Shown in pieces: positions 41,470-52,525 of a stretch of DNA of 64,000 nucleotides. The DNA comes from a candidate division FCPU426 bacterium (GTDB lineage Bacteria; Oederibacteriota; JAAXVQ01; JAUVAV01), in NCBI GenBank assembly GCA_030637655.1, contig DAOWGI010000092.1:33631-97630 (forward strand). Direction: 5' to 3'. A model generated the notes under the pieces. That model searched no databases, had not been told where the DNA came from, and was given only the letters and a program-made list of their open reading frames with translations. Every line of letters begins with the position of its first letter. The stretch's first letter is position 1. A program made the position numbers and the translations under genes.

Positions 41470-42345
41470 TTAAATCGCTATTAATCCTCCGGCTGCCATT
41501 AAAGCTGCTTGCATCTTTTGGATCGGAGGTTTTTTATTGGTCCATAAATAAAACGCTTCCGCGCCCTGGAGCAGCAACATTTTCCAACCAGGAATAAGTA
41601 CATTTCCTTGCTTTTTCGCAGCGTTCAGAAAGGGGGTCGGCTTCTTTCCATAGACCAGATCCATGACACATTTCTTTTTTGGCATCCACGCCATTGGCAA
41701 CGGCAGGGGATCAGTCGCTTTTAATCCCAGCGGTGTGGCATTGATGACCAAGTCTGCTCTGGCAGCCACAGTCTGCAACGCTGCTGTAAGAGGTTTGACC
41801 CCGGCAACTCTGGAAAACCCATTTTTTTTAATGTCTCCTATTAACTTGCTTAAACGCCTTTGATCAACATCAACAATGGTAAGACACTTGACTTTGGCTT
41901 TTGCCAGTGAAATCGCAACTGCCCGACCGGCACCACCGCCGCCCAAAAGCAGAGCATTCTTGGCACGTGGTTGAATCACACCTTTGAGACTTTCTAAAAA
42001 GCCGTAGCCATCGGTATTGTGACCGATCATTTTTCCTTCTTTAAAAACAATAGTATTCACCGCACCGATTTCTTTGGCACTGCCGGCGAAACCATTCAAA
42101 CTCGTCATTACTTTTTCTTTATATGGAATAGTGACATTCACGCCCCAGGCATTCATTGCTTGCAGCGATTTCAGCAAGGGTACCAATCCTGCTGCCGGTA
42201 CACCCAGGGGAATATAAACCGCATCAAGTCCGTGATGTTCAAAAGCAACATTTTGCATAGCTGGTGATAAAGTATGTTCAATTGGCCAGCCGATCACTCC
42301 GGCAATACGGGTTGATCCGGTGATAGCTTTGGCTTTTAGCATCAT
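41470..42345 (-). CDS. aroE: Shikimate dehydrogenase
   Basis: HTLSPAMQN, NVTIPYKE, GAVNT, NTDGYG, GGGGAG, INATPLG, DLVY. Confidence 0.95.
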   Translation of the reverse strand: MMLKAKAITGSTRIAGVIGWPIEHTLSPAMQNVAFEHHGLDAVYIPLGVPAAGLVPLLKSLQAMNAWGVNVTIPYKEKVMTSLNGFAGSAKEIGAVNTIVFKEGKMIGHNTDGYGFLESLKGVIQPRAKNALLLGGGGAGRAVAISLAKAKVKCLTIVDVDQRRLSKLIGDIKKNGFSRVAGVKPLTAALQTVAARADLVINATPLGLKATDPLPLPMAWMPKKKCVMDLVYGKKPTPFLNAAKKQGNVLIPGWKMLLLQGAEAFYLWTNKKPPIQKMQAALMAAGGLIAI

Positions 42346-42408
42346 AGCGTTTTCCTCATTTTCCGAGTATATTTGTCGGCATTATATCAAACCTCTGGAT
42401 AAAAACCT

Positions 42409-42434
42409 TAGAGACGCGATTAATCGCGTCTCTA
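42409..42434. repeat. GTAG-type REP-like palindrome
   Basis: TAGAGACGCGATTAATCGCGTCTCTA. Confidence 0.8.
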
Positions 42435-42463
42435 CCTAAAACAATCTCTGGGTTCTCTGCGCC

Positions 42464-43225
42464 TCAGCGGTACTTTCTCCCCCCAAGATCTCCCCATACA
42501 AATTGGGCCAGGGTGACGGCCGTGATGCCGGCAGTCTCGGACCGCAACACGCGCGAACTCAGTCCAATGGTATATAGGCCTTGCTCCCGCGCTTGGTGTA
42601 CTTCCTGTTTTGAAAAACCACCCTCTGGCCCGACCCAGAGTGAAACAGCTTGGACCGGAGCCAGGGAGCGTAATTGGTTCTCCCAATTTTCATGTTCGGG
42701 TGATGTTGTAGAAAAAAGAATCCCCACGGATGTCTCTAATTTGTGTTCCAGACTCTCTGAAAAAGAACACGGAGATGCAATTTCCGGCAATTGAATCCGA
42801 CCCGATTGACGCACTGCCTGCCGGGCGATCTCCTGCCACCGATCCCGGCGATGTTCACGTTCAGCCTTGGGTTTGATTTGCGAATACTCTGAAATCACAG
42901 GTACAATCCTGGAAACTCCCAATTCAGTGGTTTTTTGAATCACCAAATCGAGTTTGCTCCCCCGGGCAAATCCCTGATAAAGGGTAATGGCCAGCCATGA
43001 TTCCGGATTACGCTGGGTTTCCTCCAACAGTTCCAGTTCCACCCCGTACTTTACAAACCGAATGACACGGGCAATATATTCTTTTTTCCGACCATCAGAA
43101 ACAAAAACACGTTCATTAACCTTTAATCGCAAGGTTTGACAGTGATGAGCATCCGTGCCGGACAAAACCACAGGTCTGTGTTGGAGTGCTTCCGGAGTTA
43201 AGATGAAACGAGCTTGGCTACTCAT
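42464..43225 (-). CDS. rsmE: 16S rRNA m3U1498 methyltransferase
   Basis: QKTTELGV, QSGR, VGPEGGFS, RVLRSETA. Confidence 0.95.
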   Translation of the reverse strand: MSSQARFILTPEALQHRPVVLSGTDAHHCQTLRLKVNERVFVSDGRKKEYIARVIRFVKYGVELELLEETQRNPESWLAITLYQGFARGSKLDLVIQKTTELGVSRIVPVISEYSQIKPKAEREHRRDRWQEIARQAVRQSGRIQLPEIASPCSFSESLEHKLETSVGILFSTTSPEHENWENQLRSLAPVQAVSLWVGPEGGFSKQEVHQAREQGLYTIGLSSRVLRSETAGITAVTLAQFVWGDLGGRKYR

Positions 43226-43237
43226 AGAATATCATTT

Positions 43238-44299
43238 TTACCAATGCGGATCAAAGCAGGAGCCGGTATGAGTGATCTGCTTCTGCCTGGTTCCGTCAAT
43301 GTTCATCACCCAAACATCGGATTGCACGAGTTGATCTCCGGATCCTACCTGACCTTCCTTGGTTTTTTCCATAATGCAGGCCATGTATTTGGCGGTCGGT
43401 GAAAACGCGGGTCCGGACAATTCCGCGGCAAAATCCTGAGGAGTCAATGGATAGACCTCAAAATTAATACTGAACCGTTTGGACATAACTATTATTATTT
43501 TATCCAATTCAAAGGCAATCAAAGCGCCATCATAATTCCATATTACAGTACCCAGATGATACGGCACTTTCTGAAAAGGTTTCATAAGATCCGCTTCCAT
43601 TCTGCCGTCTACCCGAATAGTGCCGATATGTATCACATGATCATGCTTGGTTGGACCTGCGCCGGCTAGAAATTTCATATCCGGAGATAATGAATGCACC
43701 TCGGTCATAAAACTGGTTTTGGGCAAACGAATGGTTTCCACCGGTTTTCCGGTTTCAACACTATATCCATACAAGATAGTGGGAAAATCCATTTCCTGAA
43801 AATAGATAACACTGCTGTCCGGCTTCCAGCTTATTCTCATCTTCCTGGCTTTGATTTTTTTATCCGTCACCAGAGTCCGGGTATCTGTTCCATCTGCATT
43901 GACGACCATAATGGATACCCTGTCCCCTAACGGTTGATCTTTCGGATACTGAAAAAAAGCTATTTTGGTATGCGGCAGATTCCAGGAAGGCCGGCACTTG
44001 TAGCCGGAGGTGTCGCTAATTTGCTTTGCATTTTGTCCGTTTGGCTCAATGGTATGAATTTGCGTTTTTTCATTGACTACCGCAACATACACGATGCGCG
44101 AACTGTCATCCACGCCGTCCATGTGCCTGGTAATACCAATCTTTTTCATATAGGTTTTGCGTTTGACGTCACTCACACTTTTGATTTTTTTACGAAATTG
44201 CTCCTGGATTTTTTTTCCGCACCCGGAGGCTAAAAAACCCATACAGACAATCATAGCAATAGTAAAAAGGTATTTGCATTTTAACCTTGCTCGGAACAT
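43238..44299 (-). CDS. TolB-like (PD40) beta-propeller lipoprotein
   Basis: Lipobox-like FLASGC; repeats PSWN, ISWKPDS, LSPD, PAFSPT; VWVMNIDGTRQKQIT; ends DPHW. Confidence 0.75.
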   Translation of the reverse strand: MFRARLKCKYLFTIAMIVCMGFLASGCGKKIQEQFRKKIKSVSDVKRKTYMKKIGITRHMDGVDDSSRIVYVAVVNEKTQIHTIEPNGQNAKQISDTSGYKCRPSWNLPHTKIAFFQYPKDQPLGDRVSIMVVNADGTDTRTLVTDKKIKARKMRISWKPDSSVIYFQEMDFPTILYGYSVETGKPVETIRLPKTSFMTEVHSLSPDMKFLAGAGPTKHDHVIHIGTIRVDGRMEADLMKPFQKVPYHLGTVIWNYDGALIAFELDKIIIVMSKRFSINFEVYPLTPQDFAAELSGPAFSPTAKYMACIMEKTKEGQVGSGDQLVQSDVWVMNIDGTRQKQITHTGSCFDPHW

Positions 44300-44464
44300 T
44301 GGTCCCTCCTCCTTTTACGCCGGCTGGATCACATCTTCCGGACTACTTCCCGGTTTGCCTTCCCTGTTTGGAGCAGAGGCAAAACTGCCTAAATTGTACC
44401 CTGGAAACTATGTTCTGTCTAGATTTGAGGGCCGGAGAAAATCGAGTATGCTTGAAACCTGCTG

Positions 44465-45595
44465 CTACAGACGTTTAATGGCATCCAAAAATTGCCTCAC
44501 AACCGGATAGGCATCATTGCCGGTCAACTTTTCAAATTCTTTTAGCAGCGATGCTTGTTTACTGTTTAACTTGGTGGGTGTTTCCACTTTTGCGGTCACT
44601 AAATGATCCCCTGTTCCCAAACCTCTTAGATTCGGGAATCCTTTCCCCCGCATGCGAAATGTCTTACCGGTCTGGGTTCCAGCCGGTATTTTCATGGTCA
44701 CCCGGCCATTTAAGGTTGGCACCTCAATCTCACCACCCAACACGGCCGTGGTCAGGGGAACCGGAACTTCACAGAGCACGTCCTCCTCATCGCGCGAAAA
44801 AATAAGGTGCGGCTCTACCTGGATCACAATATGCAAATCACCACGCGGTCCGCCATTGATCCCCGCCTCGCCTTCGCCTGAAATTTTTAAGCGGCTGCCG
44901 GTATCCACACCAGCCGGTATCTTCACGGTTATTTTACGAATAACCCGCTTGCGACCCTCCCCACGGCAAACCATACAAGGCTGTTCAATCACATACCCTT
45001 CACCCTGACAAGTAGGGCAGGTTCTCATAACCGAAAAAAATCCCTGTGTCATCCGGACTTGACCGGTTCCCTGGCAGGCTGAACAGGCTTTTTTCCTGGT
45101 ACCGGCTTTGGCCCCGGTTCCTTGACAGGAATCACAGGTTTCCATGCGCGGCACTTCCAGATTTACCTCAGTCCCATGAGCGCTATCTATAAAATTGATA
45201 GTTAAATCGTAACGCAAATCAGATCCGCGGCGAGCACGGGACTGTGTTCCACCCCGGGAACGTCCAGAGGTTCCACCAAAAAAGCCCTCAAAAATTTCAG
45301 AGAACATATCGCCCATGTCTCCAAAATCACTGAATCCGCCGCCCCCCGGGCCCCCTGCAGATCCTGCCTTTACACCCGCGTGCCCGAATTGATCATAGGC
45401 ACTGCGTTTTTTTCCGTCTTTCAAGACTTCGTAGGCTTCATTCACTTCTTTAAATTTTTCTTCAGCCGTTTTATTACCGGGATTGGCATCCGGATGATAT
45501 TTTTTAGCCATGCTCCGATACGCACGTTTCAGCTCATCATCACCGGCTGAGCGCGAGACACCTAAGATTTCATAATAATCACGTTTACTTGCCAT
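44465..45595 (-). CDS. dnaJ: Chaperone DnaJ
   Basis: [13 protein letters not shown] region, four CxxCxGxG repeats. Likely start MASKRDYY. Confidence 0.97.
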   Translation of the reverse strand: MASKRDYYEILGVSRSAGDDELKRAYRSMAKKYHPDANPGNKTAEEKFKEVNEAYEVLKDGKKRSAYDQFGHAGVKAGSAGGPGGGGFSDFGDMGDMFSEIFEGFFGGTSGRSRGGTQSRARRGSDLRYDLTINFIDSAHGTEVNLEVPRMETCDSCQGTGAKAGTRKKACSACQGTGQVRMTQGFFSVMRTCPTCQGEGYVIEQPCMVCRGEGRKRVIRKITVKIPAGVDTGSRLKISGEGEAGINGGPRGDLHIVIQVEPHLIFSRDEEDVLCEVPVPLTTAVLGGEIEVPTLNGRVTMKIPAGTQTGKTFRMRGKGFPNLRGLGTGDHLVTAKVETPTKLNSKQASLLKEFEKLTGNDAYPVVRQFLDAIKRL

Positions 45596-45706
45596 TGCTT
45601 CACCTCGTAAGGATGAAAAGACCGCAACCACCCCGGCGTATTCAACACCGGTTTTTTAGTCGCGGCCTCATCCCGATCCTAGCAGCATCCGATATCATCG
45701 GATGTA

Positions 45707-47620
45707 TTATTTTTTTGCTTTGCTCTCGTCTTCGCCCTCGTACTCGGCTTCCACGACCTCTTCCTCATCCTTTTTCCCGGCTTGGGAAGTATCGGCCTGC
45801 TCAGCCTCCTCTTTTTTGCCGGTAGTTTTAGCATACACGGCTTCGCCCAGCTTTTGTGCCATTTTTTCTAACTTTTCGCAGGCTGCCTCAATGATTTCGG
45901 TATCCTTTCCTTCCAATGCTTTTTTCAATTCAGCAATAATTTTTTTGATTTGTTCGCGTGTGGTTTCGTCTAATTTATCACCATGCTCCACCAACACTTT
46001 GTCAGTATTGTATACCAGCGAATCAGCCCGATTACGGACTTCCACACTCTTACGGCGGTTTTTATCCTCATCCGCGTTAACTTCCGATTCTTTTAGCATG
46101 CGTTCAATTTCCGCATCATCCAAACCGGAACTGGCGGTAATAGTAATTTTTTGTTCCCGGCCGGTTCCCATATCTTTGGCAGAAACATGTACGATACCAT
46201 TGGCATCAATATCAAAAGTCACCTCAATTTGCGGGACTCCGCGCGGTGCCGGAGGAATTCCGGTCAAATCAAACTGACCCAAGGTGCGGTTATCGTCCGC
46301 CATTTCACGCTCACCCTGAAGCACGCGGATTGAAACCGTGGGTTGACTGTCAGCGGCTGTGGAAAAGGTCTGGCTTTTTTTAGTCGGAATAGTTGTGTTT
46401 CTTTCGATCAGTTTAGTGCATACACCGCCCAATGTCTCAATTCCCAAAGAGAGTGGTGTTACATCCAGCAGCAGTACGTCTTTGACATCACCTTTCAATA
46501 CACCGGCTTGAATGGCGGCGCCGATGGCCACTACCTCATCCGGATTAACCCCTTTGTGCGGTTCACGCCCAAAAAAATCTTTGATTTTTTGCTGCACCAT
46601 AGGCATCCGCGTTTGACCGCCAACCATGATTACTTCATCGATATCCCCGGCTTTAAACCCGGCATCTGCCAAGGCTTTTTTCATCGGTTCAATCGTACGT
46701 TCCACCAGATGCCCGGCCAATTGCTCAAAGCGGGAACGGGTCAGGGTCATATTCAAATGCTTGGGACCGGTCGCGTCCGCCGTAATAAACGGCAAATTAA
46801 TCTCGGTCTGCATCGTGCTGGAGATTTCGCACTTGGCCTTTTCCGCCCCTTCTTTCAAACGCTGCAAGGCCATTTTGTCTTGGCGCAAATCAATGCCTTG
46901 CTCTTTTTTGAATTCTTCGGCCAGCCAATCAATGATCACTTGGTCAAAATCATCACCACCCAGATGCGTGTCACCATTGGTGGACTTGACTTCAAATACA
47001 CCATCGCCCAATTCCAGAATGGAAATATCATAGGTGCCGCCCCCCAGATCATATACCGCGATTTTCTGGTTTTTCTTCTTATCCATACCATAGGCCAAAG
47101 CCGCTGCCGTGGGTTCGTTCACAATACGCAACACATCCAATCCGGCAATTTTACCGGCATCCTTGGTGGCTTGACGCTGACTATCGTTAAAATAGGCAGG
47201 CACAGTAATTACGGCTTCCGTTACGCTTTCACCCAAAAAGGCTTCAGCATCGGTTTTTGCTTTTTGTAAAATCATGGCTGAGATTTCCGGCGGCGCGTAT
47301 GCTTTTCCCATGACCTCAACCCGCACATCACCATTGGAGGCAGCTGAAGTTTTGTAAGGAACCATTTTTTCCTCATCAGTGGCCTCAGCAAACCGTCTTC
47401 CCATAAAGCGTTTAATGGAAAAAATGGTGTTCTCCGAATTGGTCACAGCCTGCCTTTTGGCAATTTGCCCCACCAGACGTTCATTGTTTTTACTAAAAGC
47501 CACAATCGAGGGGGTCGTTCGTGTTCCCTCGGCATTGGAGATGACCACAGCTTCTCCACCTTGCATAACCGCAACGCAGGAATTAGTTGTCCCCAAATCA
47601 ATTCCAATAACTTTACCCAT
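45707..47620 (-). CDS. dnaK: Chaperone DnaK
   Basis: [34 protein letters not shown]. Confidence 0.98.
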   Translation of the reverse strand: MGKVIGIDLGTTNSCVAVMQGGEAVVISNAEGTRTTPSIVAFSKNNERLVGQIAKRQAVTNSENTIFSIKRFMGRRFAEATDEEKMVPYKTSAASNGDVRVEVMGKAYAPPEISAMILQKAKTDAEAFLGESVTEAVITVPAYFNDSQRQATKDAGKIAGLDVLRIVNEPTAAALAYGMDKKKNQKIAVYDLGGGTYDISILELGDGVFEVKSTNGDTHLGGDDFDQVIIDWLAEEFKKEQGIDLRQDKMALQRLKEGAEKAKCEISSTMQTEINLPFITADATGPKHLNMTLTRSRFEQLAGHLVERTIEPMKKALADAGFKAGDIDEVIMVGGQTRMPMVQQKIKDFFGREPHKGVNPDEVVAIGAAIQAGVLKGDVKDVLLLDVTPLSLGIETLGGVCTKLIERNTTIPTKKSQTFSTAADSQPTVSIRVLQGEREMADDNRTLGQFDLTGIPPAPRGVPQIEVTFDIDANGIVHVSAKDMGTGREQKITITASSGLDDAEIERMLKESEVNADEDKNRRKSVEVRNRADSLVYNTDKVLVEHGDKLDETTREQIKKIIAELKKALEGKDTEIIEAACEKLEKMAQKLGEAVYAKTTGKKEEAEQADTSQAGKKDEEEVVEAEYEGEDESKAKK

Positions 47621-47670
47621 AATGCTTACCCATCCTTTCTTTTGCTTGTACTTGTATCAAATTTACCGGC

Positions 47671-48336
47671 TTAGTGTTTGGCCACTTTGACCATGGCCGG
47701 CCGGACGACTTTCCCATTGAGTGTGTATCCCTTTTGCAAAATCACGACCACCGTATCATCCGGAACACTTTTATCCTCCACCCGCTGCAGTGCCTGATGT
47801 ACTGCCGGATCAAAAATACAGGGGGCTTTATCAATTCGGGACACACCGGATTTTTCCAGTGATTTCACAAACTGCCGATAAATGAGTTCAATACCCTCGG
47901 TCACTTTTTTCACATCCGTGGTCTGTCCGGTATGCTCCAGAGTCCGCTCCAAATTGTCCACCACCGGTAGAATCTCCAGCAGAAGATCCTCGCCGGCATA
48001 GCGCAGCAACTCCGTCCGGTCGCGGTTCATTCGCTTTTTATAATTTTCCAATTCTGCTAAAGCCCGCAAGTACCGGTCATAATTCAAATTGGACTTTTCT
48101 TCCAATTGTTTGATGGTTTTTTTCAGGACTTGTACCTCATCGTCGGTGACTTGTCCTCCGGGCATGGTGTCATCATCATCAAATGCCTTGGTCGGGTCAC
48201 TGCCTGAAAAAGCGCTGCCAACCGCACTGCTTACACCCTGGGTAACACTGTGCGAAGCGGTTCCCTCTGCTTCTGTTTCTGCTTTTGCTTTTTCCTGTTG
48301 TTTATTTATTTTTTCATTTTCATTGTCATACCACAT
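47671..48336 (-). CDS. grpE: Nucleotide exchange factor GrpE
   Basis: RALAELENYKKR, LPVVDNLER, FDP..HQA, QKGY.LNG.VVRPAMVKV. Confidence 0.95.
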   Translation of the reverse strand: MWYDNENEKINKQQEKAKAETEAEGTASHSVTQGVSSAVGSAFSGSDPTKAFDDDDTMPGGQVTDDEVQVLKKTIKQLEEKSNLNYDRYLRALAELENYKKRMNRDRTELLRYAGEDLLLEILPVVDNLERTLEHTGQTTDVKKVTEGIELIYRQFVKSLEKSGVSRIDKAPCIFDPAVHQALQRVEDKSVPDDTVVVILQKGYTLNGKVVRPAMVKVAKH

Positions 48337-48365
48337 ATGCCTTACCTCCGCTTACCCAATTTCAC

Positions 48366-49397
48366 TTACAACCTAACCCGAACCAGCGCTTCTGCCGTAT
48401 CCTGCACCAAAGCAATTACTTTAGGATACGCCATTCGTTGGGGTCCAATAATACCAATACGCATAGTTTGCCGTCCATTCAATGCTACGTCCTCAGTAAC
48501 CAAAGAGAGTGCCGGCAACGGCTCTTTCCAAGGAGCCTCGGCAATAACCACGCGAACCCCGGAGCGCTCAATACCGGGGATGGAAAAAAAACGAATTAAT
48601 TCATCTCCCTGATCCAGCATTGCCACCAATTGCCGCATGGCAGAAATATTATTAAACTCCGGTTGCAGAATCAAATTGGAGGCACCCTCAATTGCCAGTT
48701 CCTCCTGCGCCGGAGCAGACAAATTCACACTCGCCCAATGGAGCGCTTGCCGCAGCAGCCCCCACAGCCGGCAATCCAGACCCGACCAATCAGCCCGTGC
48801 CAGCAGTTCCAGTTCTGAAGCGGTTTTACCTTGGCCATGCCGATTAACCCAGTGATTGACCTTTTTCACCAACTGCAATCCCAGGGTTGCTTCCAGAGTA
48901 AATACCTGATGAAATTCTTCTCCGGAAGTAGTCTGTACAATAAGCAACATCCGCTGCGACATCAAGCTAATTAATTGTATTCGGGCCAACCGTTCTTCAC
49001 TGCCGCCGAGCAACCAAGTCACTGCCAGCAATTGCGAGGTCACAGCCAGGACTTTGGCAGCCAAACTCACAATTTTATCTGTTTCCTGCGCTTCTTGCAA
49101 TATCTCAAATCGTTTTTTTCGCTGCACCCGGTTCCAGCTTGGTTGGCTTCCCAGTAAACGTTCCACCAAATACCGATACGCTTTGACGGTTGGCACTTTC
49201 CCGGCTGATGTATAGGGACGATTTAAAAATCCTCCGGCTTCCAAGCGAGCTAATACATTACGCACGGTAGCAGAACTCCACTTAAATCCGTAGGCGGCGC
49301 ACAATTGCTGTGAACTCACCGGTTCTGCCGTAGCAATGTAATGCTCAATAACCGCAACCAAAACAGTCTGTTCTCTGGCAGATAAAATCGAAATCAT
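48366..49397 (-). CDS. hrcA: Heat-inducible transcription repressor HrcA (divergent)
   Basis: YIATAEPVSS, SSATVRN, TSAGKVPT..AYR, QPEF, IGIIGPQRMAY. Start reset to ATG 49397. Confidence 0.88.
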   Translation of the reverse strand: MISILSAREQTVLVAVIEHYIATAEPVSSQQLCAAYGFKWSSATVRNVLARLEAGGFLNRPYTSAGKVPTVKAYRYLVERLLGSQPSWNRVQRKKRFEILQEAQETDKIVSLAAKVLAVTSQLLAVTWLLGGSEERLARIQLISLMSQRMLLIVQTTSGEEFHQVFTLEATLGLQLVKKVNHWVNRHGQGKTASELELLARADWSGLDCRLWGLLRQALHWASVNLSAPAQEELAIEGASNLILQPEFNNISAMRQLVAMLDQGDELIRFFSIPGIERSGVRVVIAEAPWKEPLPALSLVTEDVALNGRQTMRIGIIGPQRMAYPKVIALVQDTAEALVRVRL

Positions 49398-49437
49398 ACT
49401 TCCCTCTATTCCTTCAGGGGCGGCCTGCCTATGAATT

Positions 49438-51027
49438 TTATGAGTAAGATTTATATATTTGATAATCAATATCGGGAAATATATTATCTTTGTACTCAAT
49501 ATCCGACAGCCAATCCAAATCCAGACAATGGTGTTTTAAATCGTTGTACAACCGGGTAAAACGTCCAATATGATCACGGGTCCGCTTGATAGCATACTCC
49601 ACCATGGTTCCGGTTTTCATAATAAAGGCCCAATCCGAGCTTTGCGCCAACAGCAATTCGCGAGCCGCTTGATTAAGGCCCCGGCGTTCAAGGTAGGTTG
49701 GTTCCCTGAAAATATCCGCCAATTCAATCATGTGTTCCGCCATCTTATGCAGATGGCGGTAGATCCAATCATTGCTGTTGTCCAGCCATTGTTCATGGTA
49801 GCCTTTATATCCCCAGGAGGAGGCGCAAGGACGCACTACCTGCAATTTGGGGTTTTCCGTCATATATTCCGTGGCTGTCACGGTCCGAATCTCATCCTGA
49901 TCATAATGCAGTTTCCGGAAAAGAAATCCCAGAAACTCCGGTCCTTCGTACCACCAGTGTCCGTACAGTTCCGCGTCGTAAGGAGATACGATTAAAGGAT
50001 TTTTTCCCATTATCCCCTTTAAATATTCAATCTGTTTTTGCCGGTTAAACATAAAGTTTTCAGCATGCGAAGCAGCTCTATCCCGGGCAACTCCCGGATC
50101 ATATGGCGCTTTATGGTCCGAATCTCCGGTGATACGGTAATACTTAATACCCGTCGGAATTCTAAAACCATCTCCATGAATGTACGGCCGTATGTACTCG
50201 TACTCCAAATCAAAACCAATGTCACGATAAAACTCCCGGTAGGCAAAGTCTCCGGGATACCCTTCTTTGGAACTCCAAACCTGTTTGGATGATTCCACAT
50301 CACGTCCGAACGCGGCTGTCCCGCACCGGGTATATACCGGCGCGTAGATTCCGTATTTGGGTCGCGGAGTACCGTGAAATATACCGTGCGTATCCGTGTA
50401 AAAAAAACGAATTCCCTGATCGCGTAATAATTCATCCACCCCTGATTCAAAACCGCATTCCGGCAGCCAAATTCCGCGCGGCCGCGCACCCAGGCAACGC
50501 TCGTGAGTCTGAGCAGCCACAATAATCTGAGCCCGTTGGGCAATACGATTCACCATCAAAGGTAAATATCCATGCGTGGCACCGCACGTAATAATTTCCA
50601 AATAGCCCAAATCCTGAAATTTGCGGAATGCGGCAGCCAAATTACGGTGATATTTTTCTTCAAAAAGCCAACGGGCGTGACGAAACCGGTGTAAATACAT
50701 CCGCGCTGTGTCGTTGAATTCCGGCTGCCACCGTGTTCGTTCCACCTCTTTTTCCGCTAATTCAATTAATTTGGAAATATGGGACAAGTACCGTTCCTGC
50801 AGCAACTGATCCGTAAACATGGTGAGCAAAGGCGGTGTCAAGGACATAGTCAGGCGAAAGTAAACACCATCATTTACCAACTGCTCACACATATCAATCA
50901 GCGGAATATAAGTCTCGGTAATGGCTTCATAAAACCAATCTTCTTCTAAAAAGTCATCATGTTCCGGATGTCGCACATACGGCAAGTGGGCGTGCAACAC
51001 TATCATTAAATAGCCGTTTTCAGCCAT
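49438..51027 (-). CDS. GH57 1,4-alpha-glucan branching enzyme (DUF1957 domain)
   Basis: LHAHLPYVRHP, ETYIPL, ATHGYLP, GIWLPEC, PYDAELYGHWWYEG, ELLLAQSSDWAF. Confidence 0.93.
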   Translation of the reverse strand: MAENGYLMIVLHAHLPYVRHPEHDDFLEEDWFYEAITETYIPLIDMCEQLVNDGVYFRLTMSLTPPLLTMFTDQLLQERYLSHISKLIELAEKEVERTRWQPEFNDTARMYLHRFRHARWLFEEKYHRNLAAAFRKFQDLGYLEIITCGATHGYLPLMVNRIAQRAQIIVAAQTHERCLGARPRGIWLPECGFESGVDELLRDQGIRFFYTDTHGIFHGTPRPKYGIYAPVYTRCGTAAFGRDVESSKQVWSSKEGYPGDFAYREFYRDIGFDLEYEYIRPYIHGDGFRIPTGIKYYRITGDSDHKAPYDPGVARDRAASHAENFMFNRQKQIEYLKGIMGKNPLIVSPYDAELYGHWWYEGPEFLGFLFRKLHYDQDEIRTVTATEYMTENPKLQVVRPCASSWGYKGYHEQWLDNSNDWIYRHLHKMAEHMIELADIFREPTYLERRGLNQAARELLLAQSSDWAFIMKTGTMVEYAIKRTRDHIGRFTRLYNDLKHHCLDLDWLSDIEYKDNIFPDIDYQIYKSYS

Positions 51028-51042
51028 ACTAACCTCTGAAAA

Positions 51043-52140
51043 TCATTCGGTATGTTTTTCAACAACAGGCGTGACTTTCCGTTCCTGTGTGCCCTCGACA
51101 TTAACTGCCTGCACAACAATAGTCTGTTTGCCGTCAGGCAGAGCGTAACGGACGGAAAAAGTTCCATCCTGGTTTAAGCGTAGTGGTTGGCCTTGAACAG
51201 TAACTGACGCGTCCGGTTCTGTTGCTCCGTAGACAATGAGTTCAGTATTGGCCGCCAACCAGAAATCCCCTGCTTTAGCCGGTTTTGGCCGGCCGCCTTC
51301 AGAACCCATGCTCGCAAACCCTCCGGAGGTGACATCTGCCCGAACACGTTTAAGCATATATTTAGTAATGGCTTCGGACGAGCGGCCCAATTCAGCTGCC
51401 CCGGCAGTCTGATATAATTTGTCAAAGGTTTGGTCCACCACCATCCATTCCTCATCCACTACCGGAGAGACCGAATCTCTGGGTGTGGTGACCACATTGG
51501 AACGCGCCAAAACAATAAAATGACCATCCGGATATACCAGACCCAAATCCACGCAATACGCGCGATCCGCTGCCCACACATTGATGTACCAATTGTTGGC
51601 TGCGGCAGAAATCTCAATATCCATGTTACGATGCGCATTATTGCCGTCAAATTCAATATCCGTAATATCATACACACGCAAGATTAATTTGGCGGCCTTG
51701 GCTGGGATTTCTCTATGTATTTCTTCATGACGATCCGAAGACAAATCCCAGTAAATATAGCACCAGTACGGATCGCGTATCATGAGTACACAGCGATTGT
51801 CTCCGTATTGGTCTTGCCAAGGATACTGCTCTTCAGCCACCGGCGGATGTGGTGCCATAGAATGCGCGACCGGCATTGGGGTACTCGGTGAAGCCGCAGC
51901 TTGTAGAGCTGGTGCAGACAGCACTTCTTTTTTCGGCTTAACTGCCTTTTTCGCGATTTTGGTGACAAGTGTTGATTTCACTTTGCTACTGTCAGCTTTA
52001 GACACGATTTTCTTGGTAACCGTTTTTTTGGCTGACGCGGAAGATTTTTTTACTATCTTTTTGATAACTGCTTTTTTAACAGTTTTCTTTGTTACAGCTG
52101 CTTTGGTATTTTTTTTAGTCGCCTTTTTCTTTTTAGTCAT
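51043..52140 (-). CDS. DUF4912-domain protein with a Lys/Ala/Thr-rich N-terminus
   Basis: LMIRDPYWCYIYWD, LRVYDIT, WYINV, ARSNVVTTPR, C-terminal ELIVYGATEPDA..DGTFS; typical neighbour of GH57. Confidence 0.85.
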   Translation of the reverse strand: MTKKKKATKKNTKAAVTKKTVKKAVIKKIVKKSSASAKKTVTKKIVSKADSSKVKSTLVTKIAKKAVKPKKEVLSAPALQAAASPSTPMPVAHSMAPHPPVAEEQYPWQDQYGDNRCVLMIRDPYWCYIYWDLSSDRHEEIHREIPAKAAKLILRVYDITDIEFDGNNAHRNMDIEISAAANNWYINVWAADRAYCVDLGLVYPDGHFIVLARSNVVTTPRDSVSPVVDEEWMVVDQTFDKLYQTAGAAELGRSSEAITKYMLKRVRADVTSGGFASMGSEGGRPKPAKAGDFWLAANTELIVYGATEPDASVTVQGQPLRLNQDGTFSVRYALPDGKQTIVVQAVNVEGTQERKVTPVVEKHTE

Positions 52141-52252
52141 AACGCAGCCTCCTACAATTTAAAATTCGCCAGGACATAGTTTGACTTCTTAACTAATACC
52201 AATTATATATAAAGACAATTCGTTTTAAATCAGCCTTATAAATTGTACATTT

Positions 52253-52525
52253 TTACTGTACAATCTCTTTTAATTCTTTCCCCGGACGGAATTTCGGAGC
52301 TTTTTTAGCCGGTACTTGAACCGATTCTCCGGTCTTGGGGTTTCTTGCTATACGTGCTTTTTTCTCTTTTACTACAAATGTACCCAATCCTGCTACAGAT
52401 ACTTTTTGTCCGGCTTTAAGTGCGTTTTGAATTGTTGAAATTAATTTTTCCAACATTTTCTCTATTTCGCGCTTGGGCAGACCCAATCCTTCGGCAACTT
52501 TGTCAATTAATTCAACTTTTGTCAT
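52253..52525 (-). CDS. hup: DNA-binding protein HU
   Basis: MTKVELI, GLGTF, ARIARNPKTGE, PKFRPGKELKE. Confidence 0.95.
   Translation of the reverse strand: MTKVELIDKVAEGLGLPKREIEKMLEKLISTIQNALKAGQKVSVAGLGTFVVKEKKARIARNPKTGESVQVPAKKAPKFRPGKELKEIVQ

Noticed and set aside
44310-44400. c-di-GMP-I-like leader (GGCAAACC) upstream of the beta-propeller gene
   Set aside because: Lacks the GAAA tetraloop and GACGCAAA consensus; a covariance search would be needed.
46343-47269. 308-aa plus-strand ORF opposite dnaK
   Set aside because: Long antisense ORFs opposite dnaK are a well-known codon-pattern artefact; no independent evidence of a gene.
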